Part shown: positions 1 through 10,178 of the stretch, piece after piece
How the letters are laid out: the number at the start of each line of letters is the position of its first letter
How positions within the stretch are numbered: the first letter of the stretch is position 1
Assembly: GCA_964544935.1 (NCBI GenBank)
Contig: CAZJDZ010000003.1
Location: 24,568 to 88,567 of the forward strand
Direction of reading: 5' to 3'
DNA: 64,000 bases
Source of the DNA: an uncultured Candidatus Saccharibacteria bacterium
GTDB taxonomy: Bacteria; Patescibacteriota; Minisyncoccia; Phycocordibacterales; UBA5272
Translations under genes and position numbers: made by a program
The notes under the pieces: model-generated
Databases searched by the model: none
What the model was told of the DNA's origin: nothing
What the model saw: only the letters and a program-made list of their open reading frames with translations

Positions 1-5
1 TTACA

Positions 6-260
6 GTGGTACCAGATACAACAACCGCAACAACAATTGTCGCCACCACGACCGTTTCAAAAGGAGGATGCTATGTAGGAGGGTGTTCTTCAGAAACATG
101 TTCTGATAAACAAGATATGATGTCTAATTGTATGTATCGTCCAGAATTTGCTTGCTACAAGACAGCAGTATGCGAACGTCAGGCAACAGGTAAGTGTGGA
201 TGGACAGATACCCCAGCACTTCAGGTGTGTGTGCGAGATGCAGGAGCTGTTGATAGATAA
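6..260 (+). CDS. Cys-cluster (eight-cysteine-cluster-like) domain protein, C-terminal part; 5' end probably outside the window
   Basis: Thr-rich linker followed by C-x-x-GGCS-x3-C...C-x6-ACY...CE...GKCGW...C; frame is open to the window edge. Confidence 0.6.
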   Translation: MVPDTTTATTIVATTTVSKGGCYVGGCSSETCSDKQDMMSNCMYRPEFACYKTAVCERQATGKCGWTDTPALQVCVRDAGAVDR

Positions 261-268
261 ATATACAC

Positions 269-838
269 ATGATACAAAGTATTAAAGATGCATATCTTCT
301 TGTATACAAAAAGTTTTCTGAGAAACAAAATCTCTTAGGAGTTTTTATTATTTGTTTTGGGTTGATTATAACCGGAGTAAATGGTTTTCTCTATTATTCT
401 ATGCGAACAAATAACTTCTCTAAAAATATTCCAAGCGATGATCCTCAAGTCGCTCCACAAGTTATCGATGAACGTACAGTAACAATTGCAACCACAACAA
501 AGACTGGCCATGCTATAAGTGTAACTTTTTTACCATGCGGTTTAGGTGCAGATGTTACAGATAAGATAGGGGTATGTTTTGGCTCAGGAAGAAGTAGTCC
601 ATTTACTGAGGAAGGGATAACCGTTTGGAATCTCATTTCAGAAGAGAAAAAAGTAAGCTTTGGTGTTGTGGATACGAATAATGAATATCAGCCATACAGA
701 ATTGTTGTTGATTTTGGAAGCCATACACCAACTTCGGTTGAGTTTGAATATATAAGAAAAGCGATACCAATGCTCTTTATAGACTATATAATATATGAAG
801 ATCCTTGTTGGGGAATCTTTGAAAATTGCCGAGAATAA
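269..838 (+). CDS. hypothetical membrane-anchored protein
   Basis: 189-aa ORF with one N-terminal hydrophobic helix, co-oriented with neighbours. Confidence 0.6.
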   Translation: MIQSIKDAYLLVYKKFSEKQNLLGVFIICFGLIITGVNGFLYYSMRTNNFSKNIPSDDPQVAPQVIDERTVTIATTTKTGHAISVTFLPCGLGADVTDKIGVCFGSGRSSPFTEEGITVWNLISEEKKVSFGVVDTNNEYQPYRIVVDFGSHTPTSVEFEYIRKAIPMLFIDYIIYEDPCWGIFENCRE

Positions 839-895
839 TCTCGTAAACAGAAGAGGTGTATCATTTTTCTAGAGTGGGTGTATACTCGTAATTAT

Positions 896-1252
896 ATGAA
901 CGAAACATCACCAACAATATCTTTAGAGACAGGAAATAATACTTTTTTTGCAAAAACAAAAGAATTGCAAGATTTATGTGGAGGGCTTACTGATCAAATG
1001 AGTCTTGATGATAAAATTTCTTTTATACGAAATGCTCAAGAGAAAGCAAGGGAGGCTAATAACTACAGAGCGGAGCAAGCCGCAGCAAAAATTCTTGCTT
1101 ACCTTGAAAAAACTGCTGAATATGAACATGAGCTAGAGACAAGAGAAGAAGAACTTGCAAGGTATCTAACTCAAGATATGCTTAACATTCTTACAGAACA
1201 TCAACCAAATAGAACAGCCGTTGATTTTGATCAAAAATATGCTGTAGTGTAA
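896..1252 (+). CDS. hypothetical helical protein
   Basis: ATG at 896 just after a TATACT -10-like box; charged, coiled-coil-like sequence. Confidence 0.55.
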   Translation: MNETSPTISLETGNNTFFAKTKELQDLCGGLTDQMSLDDKISFIRNAQEKAREANNYRAEQAAAKILAYLEKTAEYEHELETREEELARYLTQDMLNILTEHQPNRTAVDFDQKYAVV

Positions 1253-1261
1253 AAGTTATAT

Positions 1262-2359
1262 ATGAATACTAGTAGCTCTTTTGAAAATTTTGATTTTGAT
1301 TCGGCAACCAAATGGCATCTCGATCAGGTGCGTAAGCTTCGTGCTCCAACAGGACTTTTTACCGCGTCTGCAAGTGATGTAACTACAGGATATAACAAGG
1401 CATGGCTTCGTGATATTTATTTCATGACGCTTGGGTTTAAATATGCAGGTGAAATGGATGTGGTAAAAGACGCAGCTAAGGCACTGCTCCAAATTCTTGC
1501 TAAACATAAAGAGAAAATTATGTGGGCGGTGAACAATAGACCACAAGAGACGTGGCAGTATATTCATGCACGCTACAATCCAGAGACGTTTGAAGAATAT
1601 TGGGAAGAGTGGGGGAATAAACAAAACGACGCAGTAGGGGAAGTGCTCTACCTCATTGCAGACTGTGAAACATCAGGACACACAGTGGTGGAGACAGACG
1701 AAGAGCGTGACCTTGTACAGCTTCTTGTTAATTATCTTAATGCTATTGAGTATTGGCATGATGCGGATTCTGGTATCTGGGAAGAAAATCAAGAAGTGAG
1801 AGCATCATCTATTGGGTCTGTGGTACGAGCGCTTATGACAGCATCTCAGCTCCCGTATGTGACTATTTCAGAAGGGATGATAGAGAAGGGTCGCGAAGCA
1901 CTCCGAGCTCTTCTTCCGCGTGAGACTACTACACGTTTCTGTGATCTTGCGCTCCTTACACTTATCTTCCCATTTGAGGTAACTACTGAAGAAGAAACAA
2001 AAACTATTCTTTCAAATGTCGAGTACTTCCTTACTCGTGATATGGGTGTTATTAGATATCGTAACGATCGTTACTACAACAAGAATGAAGTAGATGGATA
2101 CAGCGAAGAAGCTGAGTGGTCTATGGGTCTTGCGTGGCTTGCAATTATTTATGCACAACGAGGAGATCTTGAAAAGGCAACACACTATTTTTGGAAAGCG
2201 GATGCGACCATTAACAAAGATGGACTCATCCCAGAACTCTGGTATTCTCACACACAAAAACCAAATGAAAATATCCCTCTTGGTTGGGCAGAGAGTATGT
2301 TTGTTGTAGCACTTATAACAGTTCGTGAGTTATTACAAAAAAACAAAAAAACTCTGTAA
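1262..2359 (+). CDS. glycoside hydrolase family 15 (glucoamylase / phosphorylase-kinase-like) protein
   Basis: GYNKAWLRD, Q-N-D, DSGIWEE, IRYRND-x-Y and PLGWAES motifs typical of GH15. Confidence 0.85.
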   Translation: MNTSSSFENFDFDSATKWHLDQVRKLRAPTGLFTASASDVTTGYNKAWLRDIYFMTLGFKYAGEMDVVKDAAKALLQILAKHKEKIMWAVNNRPQETWQYIHARYNPETFEEYWEEWGNKQNDAVGEVLYLIADCETSGHTVVETDEERDLVQLLVNYLNAIEYWHDADSGIWEENQEVRASSIGSVVRALMTASQLPYVTISEGMIEKGREALRALLPRETTTRFCDLALLTLIFPFEVTTEEETKTILSNVEYFLTRDMGVIRYRNDRYYNKNEVDGYSEEAEWSMGLAWLAIIYAQRGDLEKATHYFWKADATINKDGLIPELWYSHTQKPNENIPLGWAESMFVVALITVRELLQKNKKTL

Positions 2360-2397
2360 GGTTTTGTTATTGGTGTGAATTTTGAGTACCTCTACAT

Positions 2398-3885
2398 ATG
2401 AAATATCACAAGACACGCCACAAGAAAATATATTGGTTACTTTTTACTGTACTTGTACTTGTCGGTGTTTGGAATGTTTGGAAACCTCTTCCTGAAGAAA
2501 TTAATAAAGCCTATAACTGGCATAATATTAGTGGGGGTTCGATAGCATTTCTCGCGGATACAACATATATTGATTCGTCTAAAATAAGAGTAAGTGATCA
2601 ACATATTTTTGATGAAGTATTTTCAATGATACAGAATGCCCAGTCATATATTTTTATTGATATGTTTTTGTGGAATGATTTTGGTGCACGTTCTGGAAAT
2701 GTTCATAGACCGCTTTCTTCCCAGCTTACACAGGCACTCATTGCAAAGAAAAAAGAAAATCCTACAATGGTAATCCAGGTAGTAAGTGATCCAATCAATA
2801 GTGTCTACGATGGACAAGGCTCACAAGTATTTTCTCAAATGAAGGACGCAGGGATACAAGTAACGATGACCAATCTACCTGCTTTGCGTGATAGTAACCC
2901 AGTGGTTTCGTCATTATGGAGAGTCTTTGTATATCCACTTGATACACTTCACAAAAAAGTATTTGGAAAACCATATACTGTACGACTGTTTCCTAATCTT
3001 GTTGATGCAGGAGGTGAAAAAGTAACATTAAGATCACATCTCACACTTCTTAACTTTAAAGCCAATCACCGTAAACTTGTTGTTGCGGATGAGATGGTGG
3101 ATGGAATTCCAACACTTACATCACTTGTAACTTCTGCCAATCCTCACGATGGATCAAGTGCTCACAGCAATGTCGCTCTTAAAGTTCGTGGTCCTTTGGC
3201 GCTTGATCTTCTTACCAGTGAAGCACGGATTATTGCTATAGCAGGAGGAGTGTTTGCATCCCCGACAGTTTTACCACCTATACAAAAAGATGGAGAAATA
3301 CATGCGAGGGTTGTAACAGATAGAGCAATACTTGATGCTGCTGTTCAAATGATACAGTCTACAGAGAAAGGTGATACTATCGACCTGCTCATGTTTTATC
3401 TTGCTGAAAGAAATATTATTAAGGAACTTGTGGATGCTTCTCTTCGTGGGGTTGCTGTACGAATTATTTTGGACCCTAACAAAGATGCATTTGGAAGAGA
3501 AAAAAATGGGATTCCAAATCGTGAAGTTGCAGATACTTTGGTAAAGAAAAGTACGGGCACTATTTCTGTTCGTTGGTGTGATACGCACGGAGAGCAGTGT
3601 CACGGTAAGACGCTTGTTGTGCATACCAAAGATGGATATCACATGATGCTCGGATCTGCGAATTTTACTAGGAGAAATATTGGTGGATATAATCTTGAAA
3701 CAAATGTGGCAGTTCGTTCCAAGGATACATATCAGTCATGGAACGATGCCTCATCATATTTTGATTCATTGTGGAATAATACACAAGGAAATTTTTCTAC
3801 AGAGTATGAAGTATATAAAGATGAAAGTACTATAAAAAAAATAACTGCGTGGATAATGGAAAATATTGGTCTTGGTACTTTTTAG
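2398..3885 (+). CDS. phospholipase D family protein
   Basis: N-terminal TM helix; HKD motifs NHRKLVVAD...SAN and CHGKTLVV...GSANF. Confidence 0.9.
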   Translation: MKYHKTRHKKIYWLLFTVLVLVGVWNVWKPLPEEINKAYNWHNISGGSIAFLADTTYIDSSKIRVSDQHIFDEVFSMIQNAQSYIFIDMFLWNDFGARSGNVHRPLSSQLTQALIAKKKENPTMVIQVVSDPINSVYDGQGSQVFSQMKDAGIQVTMTNLPALRDSNPVVSSLWRVFVYPLDTLHKKVFGKPYTVRLFPNLVDAGGEKVTLRSHLTLLNFKANHRKLVVADEMVDGIPTLTSLVTSANPHDGSSAHSNVALKVRGPLALDLLTSEARIIAIAGGVFASPTVLPPIQKDGEIHARVVTDRAILDAAVQMIQSTEKGDTIDLLMFYLAERNIIKELVDASLRGVAVRIILDPNKDAFGREKNGIPNREVADTLVKKSTGTISVRWCDTHGEQCHGKTLVVHTKDGYHMMLGSANFTRRNIGGYNLETNVAVRSKDTYQSWNDASSYFDSLWNNTQGNFSTEYEVYKDESTIKKITAWIMENIGLGTF

Positions 3886-3962
3886 AAAAAGTATAAGCTA
3901 AAGTAGAGGCGTGTATTTTTTATCCAGAGAGAAAATAATAATTCCTTGATATACTAGATCAA

Positions 3963-4616
3963 ATGAGAGAAAAGGTTAAGACGGCAGTAAAAACTGTTTC
4001 AAAATTACGATACTACGCCTCACTCCTTGAGGCAATTCTCCTTTTTATTGTGAGTGTTTTTGTGACACATTTTGCTAGTAAATATGCAAACATTCGTGCA
4101 AGTAATTATGTTGAAGATATTATTTTAAGTAACACTCCTGTTTTTGATTTTGAATTCCTTTTTGTACAAGGGGCAATCATGCTTTCGCTTTTTGTTGTTG
4201 TGTTATGTTTTCGTTTTAGAAATACTGCTCCGTTTCTTGTAAAAACAGTATCATTCTTTATTATTATTCGTGCTATGTTCGTATCGCTTACGCACACTGG
4301 ACCGTATCCTTTTAAGCTTGAGCTTGAGAGTGGTCTTCTTGATTTTATTACAAGTGGAAATGATCTCTTCTTTTCTGGTCATACCGGATTACCATTTCTT
4401 ATAGCACTTATTTTTTGGGAGCACCCATATATACGAGCTATATTTCTTTTCGCCTCAGTTGTTTTTGGTATCATTGTACTGTTGTCTCATCTTCATTATT
4501 CGATCGATGTATTTGCAGCATTCTTCATCACGTATACTATCTATCATATTGCAATCAAGATGTTCCATAAGGACTATGAATTTTTTTCACTTGATGAAGT
4601 TATCAAGAAAAAGTAG
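3963..4616 (+). CDS. PAP2-superfamily / sphingomyelin-synthase-like membrane protein
   Basis: multi-TM; DLFFSGHT and HLHYSIDV motifs of the SMS/PAP2_C type. Confidence 0.8.
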   Translation: MREKVKTAVKTVSKLRYYASLLEAILLFIVSVFVTHFASKYANIRASNYVEDIILSNTPVFDFEFLFVQGAIMLSLFVVVLCFRFRNTAPFLVKTVSFFIIIRAMFVSLTHTGPYPFKLELESGLLDFITSGNDLFFSGHTGLPFLIALIFWEHPYIRAIFLFASVVFGIIVLLSHLHYSIDVFAAFFITYTIYHIAIKMFHKDYEFFSLDEVIKKK

Positions 4617-4650
4617 TAGGTAGCTTTTTTCTGGTATATACTTTGAGGTA

Positions 4651-5055
4651 ATGACTAACCTTAATTTGCTCCCACGTATTCACATTGATAATCAACCGAA
4701 CCTTGTCAAAGAAGGGGTTTTTATTTTTGATGATGAAGTATGGAGTACACAGAAGAGAATTGCTCGTATTTATGGAAGAAGCATTCCAACAATTAACGAC
4801 CATCTCAAAAAAATCTACAAAGAAAAAGAATTACTTAAAGCAACATCTGAACGAGAACTTATGGTGACACAAAAAGAGGGTAAGAAAAAGGTTGCTAGAA
4901 AGATTTATGTTTATAACACTGACGTAGTTATTGCACTCGGATTTCGTGTTAAAGGGGAGTGGGGTAAGGAGTTTCGCGTCTGGGCACGACAAGTTGTTCG
5001 TGAAAGTTATGACCCAAGAGAGCAGGTGAAACATCTTGTTAAACAAGAACGTTAA
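4651..5055 (+). CDS. RhuM-like DNA-binding protein (short form)
   Basis: VW-x-TQ-x-x-IA...I-x-x-HL-x-x-IY...EG-x4-R-x3-YN-x-D-x-x-I-x-x-GFRV...FR-x-WA pattern. Confidence 0.8.
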   Translation: MTNLNLLPRIHIDNQPNLVKEGVFIFDDEVWSTQKRIARIYGRSIPTINDHLKKIYKEKELLKATSERELMVTQKEGKKKVARKIYVYNTDVVIALGFRVKGEWGKEFRVWARQVVRESYDPREQVKHLVKQER

Positions 5056-5129
5056 ATGTGTATAAGGGTACACAGTAAAAGAAGAATCTTCTTGAAACTA
5101 AGAGTGTAGAACAAGATACACAAAGAATG

Positions 5130-6728
5130 TTACTCACCCCTAGTGGCTGTTCTTTTGAGATGTTGCCGTAAGTATTCAGTAGTAGACCCAATTTTTTTAC
5201 CAGGATTAAGAATCATTAACGGATCCCACAATTCTTTTATTTTTTTAAAAAGAGTGAGCGTTGCATCACTGTAGACATATCCAATAAATGGTGCTCGAGC
5301 AAGTCCTTCGCCGCCTGTTGCACTTATCCCCCCATCATAATCTTTAATGATAGAAAAAAGTTTTTTTGCGTAGAGAAAAATATCTTCTTCATATGTTTTT
5401 GCTTGAGGGTCAAAAAGCATAGTTACCCCAACATGCCCGCTCCCAATGTTGCCAGTAAGGGTATACATCTTTCCAAGAGAATTAAGATATTTTTGTGTAT
5501 CCTGTAAGAATGTAGGAAGCTGATGTAGTGTCACAATCATCCCGTTACCTACAGAAATAGGAAGCAGTGTGTCGTGTGTATACATAGAAAACAGTGAAAG
5601 AAGAAACTCGCTATCAATAATTCTTTCAAGTGTTTTTCGAGAATCAATTGTCTGAAGAAAATGTTCATCTAGTGGAAGTGCGTTTCTAAAAGTTCGCACA
5701 GTGTGGTGAAGTTTTTCTTTGTCTTGTGCCATATGTGTTACAAGTAGTGTGTAAGGAACTTCTGGAAACAGGGGAACAACACCTTTGTAATACCGTTCAG
5801 CAAGTTCCATAAATGTTCCATCGTACATGAAGATATGCTCACTCTTGTGGTGTTTTGCAATTTCAATGTACGAAGGTAAAAGTTCTCTTCTTGTAACAGG
5901 GATACAGGTTGTAATGATGTGTGGTTTGTGAGGACTGATACGAAATGTTATTGATGTAAGTATTGCAAATGTTCCTTCAGACCCAGTGAGTTGATCAATA
6001 AGTTGTCGCGGTCCAATAGAAGTATTCCAAAGGTTGTACCCACTACCATCATCAAAAGAAATCGGTTTAGAAGCACGTAAAAGAGGGGATTCTTTTGTAA
6101 GAAGTGGAAAAACCGTTTGATAAATACCAAGGAGTCTTCCGCTCGGAGTGATACCATCTGCAATGGTATGCTCTTCTCCATTATCCACAACAACAGTTAA
6201 CCCTTCGATCCATTCACGAATAGTTCCGTGAGAAAAAGATCCAGTTGAAGAACTTTTTGTTGCAATCACCGCACCAACAGTCGCTCCTTTGTCTACACCA
6301 AGTAGTAATGGAATATCAAAATGCCAGTTGTGCAACTTTTCTAAAAGTTCACCAACTGTTGTTCCAGCATCTACAGTAACAGTATTTTCCATCATGTTGA
6401 CGTTACGGATTTTACTAAAATATCTACTCATTTCAAGAACGATACCCTCGCTCAGAGCACCTCCGTTTCTTCCAGAGCCTGATCCTCGTACAGTGATAGG
6501 CATTCTATATTCTCGAGCAAAACTAAGGACATGTTTGATGTCAGTGGCATTTTTAGGGTAAATAACTGCTTGGGGTGAAATTATATAGGGCGATCCATCA
6601 TCGCTGTACTTCGAAAGAGTCGTCGAAGAACAGTCAATTTCTCCTGCAATAATTTTTGCAAGATCGGTAAAAAGAGGGGGAACACGAGTAATAAAATCAG
6701 ATGCCATGCTCATAAAGACTTTTTCCAT
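5130..6728 (-). CDS. FAD-binding oxidoreductase (GlcD/D-lactate dehydrogenase-like); start may be 6713 or 6707
   Basis: P-x-AV-x-x-P, RGSGSG, GSEGT and WDP-x-x-ILNPGK motifs; C-terminal active-site motifs degenerate. Confidence 0.8.
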   Translation of the reverse strand: MEKVFMSMASDFITRVPPLFTDLAKIIAGEIDCSSTTLSKYSDDGSPYIISPQAVIYPKNATDIKHVLSFAREYRMPITVRGSGSGRNGGALSEGIVLEMSRYFSKIRNVNMMENTVTVDAGTTVGELLEKLHNWHFDIPLLLGVDKGATVGAVIATKSSSTGSFSHGTIREWIEGLTVVVDNGEEHTIADGITPSGRLLGIYQTVFPLLTKESPLLRASKPISFDDGSGYNLWNTSIGPRQLIDQLTGSEGTFAILTSITFRISPHKPHIITTCIPVTRRELLPSYIEIAKHHKSEHIFMYDGTFMELAERYYKGVVPLFPEVPYTLLVTHMAQDKEKLHHTVRTFRNALPLDEHFLQTIDSRKTLERIIDSEFLLSLFSMYTHDTLLPISVGNGMIVTLHQLPTFLQDTQKYLNSLGKMYTLTGNIGSGHVGVTMLFDPQAKTYEEDIFLYAKKLFSIIKDYDGGISATGGEGLARAPFIGYVYSDATLTLFKKIKELWDPLMILNPGKKIGSTTEYLRQHLKRTATRGE

Positions 6729-6927
6729 TTTGATGAATAAGGAACATTATTATGAAAAATGCAATAAGAACAGCAATAATAAGAAGTGTATGTCTTAGGT
6801 AAGGGTATATATTTTTCTTGTGATGTGCTTGAAATGTAGAGGAATGAGAGGTGTCCCATGTGGTACCGGTGCCACTTGAAATATTTTTAGGTAACTCTTC
6901 TGCTATATGGTTTTGTTCTGGGTTCAT
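6697..6927 (-). CDS. small membrane protein
   Basis: 76 aa with a single TM helix; TATACT box just upstream; overlaps the next gene's start. Confidence 0.5.
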   Translation of the reverse strand: MNPEQNHIAEELPKNISSGTGTTWDTSHSSTFQAHHKKNIYPYLRHTLLIIAVLIAFFIIMFLIHQNGKSLYEHGI

Positions 6928-7043
6928 ACTGCAGATAGTATACCTTGTTTTTGTGACCCCACTTACATTTTCCTGTCCACAGATGTAGCAACCAGAATCG
7001 CGTTATACTATCTGTACATATTTATCAATAAAAATACAAAACT

Positions 7044-9095
7044 ATGAAATTATTAACTCGTTTTTTTCTTAAACTTTACCAATACACAACAATTGTCATT
7101 GCTGTCGGGGCACCGCTCTTTTTTATACCTAAAACAGGATTCAGCGGAGATATAACCTATCATATTGCGATGATGGTGCTCGTTGCTATTGCGCTCTTTT
7201 CGTACGTGTTCTTGGCACTCTCAACACGAACATGGCATAGTGTTTCTAAACTCGAATTCATAGCATATTTTGTATTTTCTCTTTCTGTTATCGGTTCAAT
7301 TATTTTTTCAAAAAATCCTCAAATTATTTTCTTTGGAGAAATGTTCAACCAAAGTTCTGGAGCAGCTCTTCTATCTCTTCCGGTTATCATGTATCTTGTG
7401 CGAGCGCTTCCTGAAACAATTCGCCATAAACTCAAGCTTGTAATGGCTGGCGTTCTTGCTGTTTCTTCATTTGTTTTTGTCACAGCACTCATGATTGGAG
7501 GGACGTTCCTTAGTTATAGTAAAACTCTCTTTTTAGGTTTTTCAAGCACTCTTTCTTTTGCTGCGTACATAGGACTCTTCTCAGTAGCTTGTTTTTTCTA
7601 TGTACGGAAAGCAAAATTAGCAAAAAAATGGAAGACATTTATCTTCATAACAGGAGTTCTTTTTATTGCGCTCCTTATTACTCTTTCTTCACAAGATAAT
7701 ATTCGTCCCAATGTTACAAGTACTCTTAGTGTTGGACAAAAAGTAATGATGCAAGAAGGTTTGTTTGGTATTGGTGCAGGTAATTTTGCACGAGCTTGGC
7801 AGCTTCATAGACCTGTTGATGTTATTGCTTCACCATATTTCGGGTATGATTTTCTACAAGGTGCAGATACAATTTCAACATTCTATGTAACAATTGGATT
7901 ATTTGGAGTTATCGGATTCCTTATGCTTGTCTTGTCTGCGCTCTATAGCACAATCGTAAGTTATCGCCAAAATAAAGAGGGACAGGAGCATTTTATTCTT
8001 GGATTTCTGGCACTCACACTTCTTTATTTTATTGTGGTATCTTGTTTCGTGCCGCTCTCATATGCAATGCTTGTTATGTGGATGGTTGTTGGAGGTCTCG
8101 GTCTTGCAAAGGCTCGTCTTACAGAGTTTCATCCAAGTAAAAAGCTTGCGTACCTCATTATACCTGTCCTCTTCTTGTTGGTAGCAAATGCCGTTATGAC
8201 AATCAATAAGACTCGAGCGTTCACTCTTTACAATGCATCTCAAACTGCAACAAGTGCTCAGGATGCGGAAGATTTTATTGTACAAGCTTCAAATATCTAT
8301 AAGTATGATGGCTTCTACCGAATGCTTATTGAGTATGCGATAACTTCCAACAGAAATATTGTTGCTACAGGAGGAGAAGATCAGGAAGCACTTAAGACTG
8401 CATATCTTACAAAAACTCAATCTGCTGTTGCGTATGGACTTGAAGCAGTAAATCTTAATCCAAATAATTATCAAAACTATGTTTCACTCGGTCGCGCTTA
8501 CGAACTAGTTATTCCTTTTGAGAAAGAAGGTGGATATGAGAATGCAAAAAAATCATATCAAGCAGCAGTATCACTATATCCGGAAAATCCATATCTATAC
8601 CTTATGCTCGCTCGACTTGATACATCTGCAGGAACAAAAGAAGGGGTTCGTGAGCACTTAACTGATGCTATTAAAAAGAAACAAAACTTTGCTGACGCTC
8701 TATACCTTATGAGTCAGCTTGAAGCTTCAGAAAGTAGAATTGATGAAGCACTTGCTTATGCAATTGAAGCGATTAAGAGTGCCCCAAATGACCCAGCAAC
8801 ATATGTACAGGCAGGACTTCTTTTCTACGGAAAGAAAGATTATCAAAACGCTGTATATGCTCTTAAGACAGGGCTCGAAAAAGATCCTAACAATGCAAAC
8901 ATTGCATACTTCTTAGCATTATCACTTCGTGATGGTGGACGTCCTGATTTTGCAAAACCTTTAGCAGATGAGCTTCTTCGTAGAAATCCTGGAAATGTTG
9001 ATCTTCAGAATTTTATAAATTCATTGGTTGAGACTAATCTTGCACCAGCAACAACAACTACAAAAACACCTGCAAAAACTCCTACAAAGAAGTAA
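7044..9095 (+). CDS. polytopic membrane protein (O-antigen-ligase-like) with C-terminal TPR repeats
   Basis: many TM helices, FGIGAGNF loop, TPR-like repeats (LNPNNYQNYVSLGRAY, APNDPATYVQAG). Confidence 0.75.
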   Translation: MKLLTRFFLKLYQYTTIVIAVGAPLFFIPKTGFSGDITYHIAMMVLVAIALFSYVFLALSTRTWHSVSKLEFIAYFVFSLSVIGSIIFSKNPQIIFFGEMFNQSSGAALLSLPVIMYLVRALPETIRHKLKLVMAGVLAVSSFVFVTALMIGGTFLSYSKTLFLGFSSTLSFAAYIGLFSVACFFYVRKAKLAKKWKTFIFITGVLFIALLITLSSQDNIRPNVTSTLSVGQKVMMQEGLFGIGAGNFARAWQLHRPVDVIASPYFGYDFLQGADTISTFYVTIGLFGVIGFLMLVLSALYSTIVSYRQNKEGQEHFILGFLALTLLYFIVVSCFVPLSYAMLVMWMVVGGLGLAKARLTEFHPSKKLAYLIIPVLFLLVANAVMTINKTRAFTLYNASQTATSAQDAEDFIVQASNIYKYDGFYRMLIEYAITSNRNIVATGGEDQEALKTAYLTKTQSAVAYGLEAVNLNPNNYQNYVSLGRAYELVIPFEKEGGYENAKKSYQAAVSLYPENPYLYLMLARLDTSAGTKEGVREHLTDAIKKKQNFADALYLMSQLEASESRIDEALAYAIEAIKSAPNDPATYVQAGLLFYGKKDYQNAVYALKTGLEKDPNNANIAYFLALSLRDGGRPDFAKPLADELLRRNPGNVDLQNFINSLVETNLAPATTTTKTPAKTPTKK

Positions 9096-9144
9096 TTTGT
9101 GTGTTTCCTAAGAAAGTTTTGTAACAAAGCTTTCTTCAAATACA

Positions 9145-10161
9145 ATGACACTTTCCGAAATTGAAACTATTCTAGAAGAGCTTGCTGCACGTCATCCAAA
9201 TCTTACTGAAGCATTGCTCACTACGATGCTCACTGCTTCTGGTTGGGAAGAAAAGAATATAAAAGATGCTGTTGTGCTTTTTAAGCAAAAAGAAAGCAGT
9301 GGTGGAATGAAGAAAGTTATGTCAGTTGCTACAGATGCGACCCAAGGTTCGAACCCTGTTGTTGTACAAACTCAAGCATCTGATCTTCCTTCAGTGCCAG
9401 TTCCTCCTCCTTTAGCCCCAGCTGAGATGACCTTTTATCATCCTGATGGAACAGAAGAAGAATTGCATCCAGTTGAAGAAGTTCCTGTTATAAAAAAAGA
9501 AGAACCAAAAAAAGAAATTCTTCTTGAGAAGAAGAGTGTTGAACCTACACAGCCTCAACCAACAGAACTTCCAATAACACAAGAAACAGAAAATATTCAA
9601 GAAATAGATATTCCTCAATCTGTTGTAACAGAAGATCCTATTCTTGTACAAGAAGAAAGTAAGCAGGAGGAAGTTATTGCTCAAGTAGAAATTCCACAGG
9701 TGCCACAAAAGACTATTCTACTCGAAGCGTTGCCACAACTGACAACATCAGCATATGAGCCAGAGTCTCTCATTGTTCAAAAACCAGAAATAAAAACTCC
9801 TCCAAAACAAAATCATATCCCAGATGATTTGCCGCTTATTCCATTTGAAAGCTCTCCGCACATCTGGTCTTTTGCACGATATAAAAATGTTTTCCACGCA
9901 GATGATGCTGTTCCTGAGGAGGAAGTGAAAGCAATTGAGCAACGTAGGGTTTATATTCCGCAAGAAAAGCCAAAAGAAACAAAGGTGGAGAAACTGGTGC
10001 ATACAGAAGTTTCTGATCAGAATCAGAATGAGGAAGAAGAAATTACTGTAGAAATAACCCCAATGACACGAGAAGATGAATCTTTAGTGTTCTTGGCCGG
10101 AATCATGCTTCTTGCTATAATTTTGATACTGGGGTATATGTACAGTAACGGGCGCTTATAA
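9145..10161 (+). CDS. hypothetical Glu/Pro-rich protein with C-terminal TM anchor
   Basis: low-complexity E/P/Q centre; hydrophobic C-terminal helix. Confidence 0.65.
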   Translation: MTLSEIETILEELAARHPNLTEALLTTMLTASGWEEKNIKDAVVLFKQKESSGGMKKVMSVATDATQGSNPVVVQTQASDLPSVPVPPPLAPAEMTFYHPDGTEEELHPVEEVPVIKKEEPKKEILLEKKSVEPTQPQPTELPITQETENIQEIDIPQSVVTEDPILVQEESKQEEVIAQVEIPQVPQKTILLEALPQLTTSAYEPESLIVQKPEIKTPPKQNHIPDDLPLIPFESSPHIWSFARYKNVFHADDAVPEEEVKAIEQRRVYIPQEKPKETKVEKLVHTEVSDQNQNEEEEITVEITPMTREDESLVFLAGIMLLAIILILGYMYSNGRL

Positions 10162-10178
10162 ACTTAATTATATTTTTT

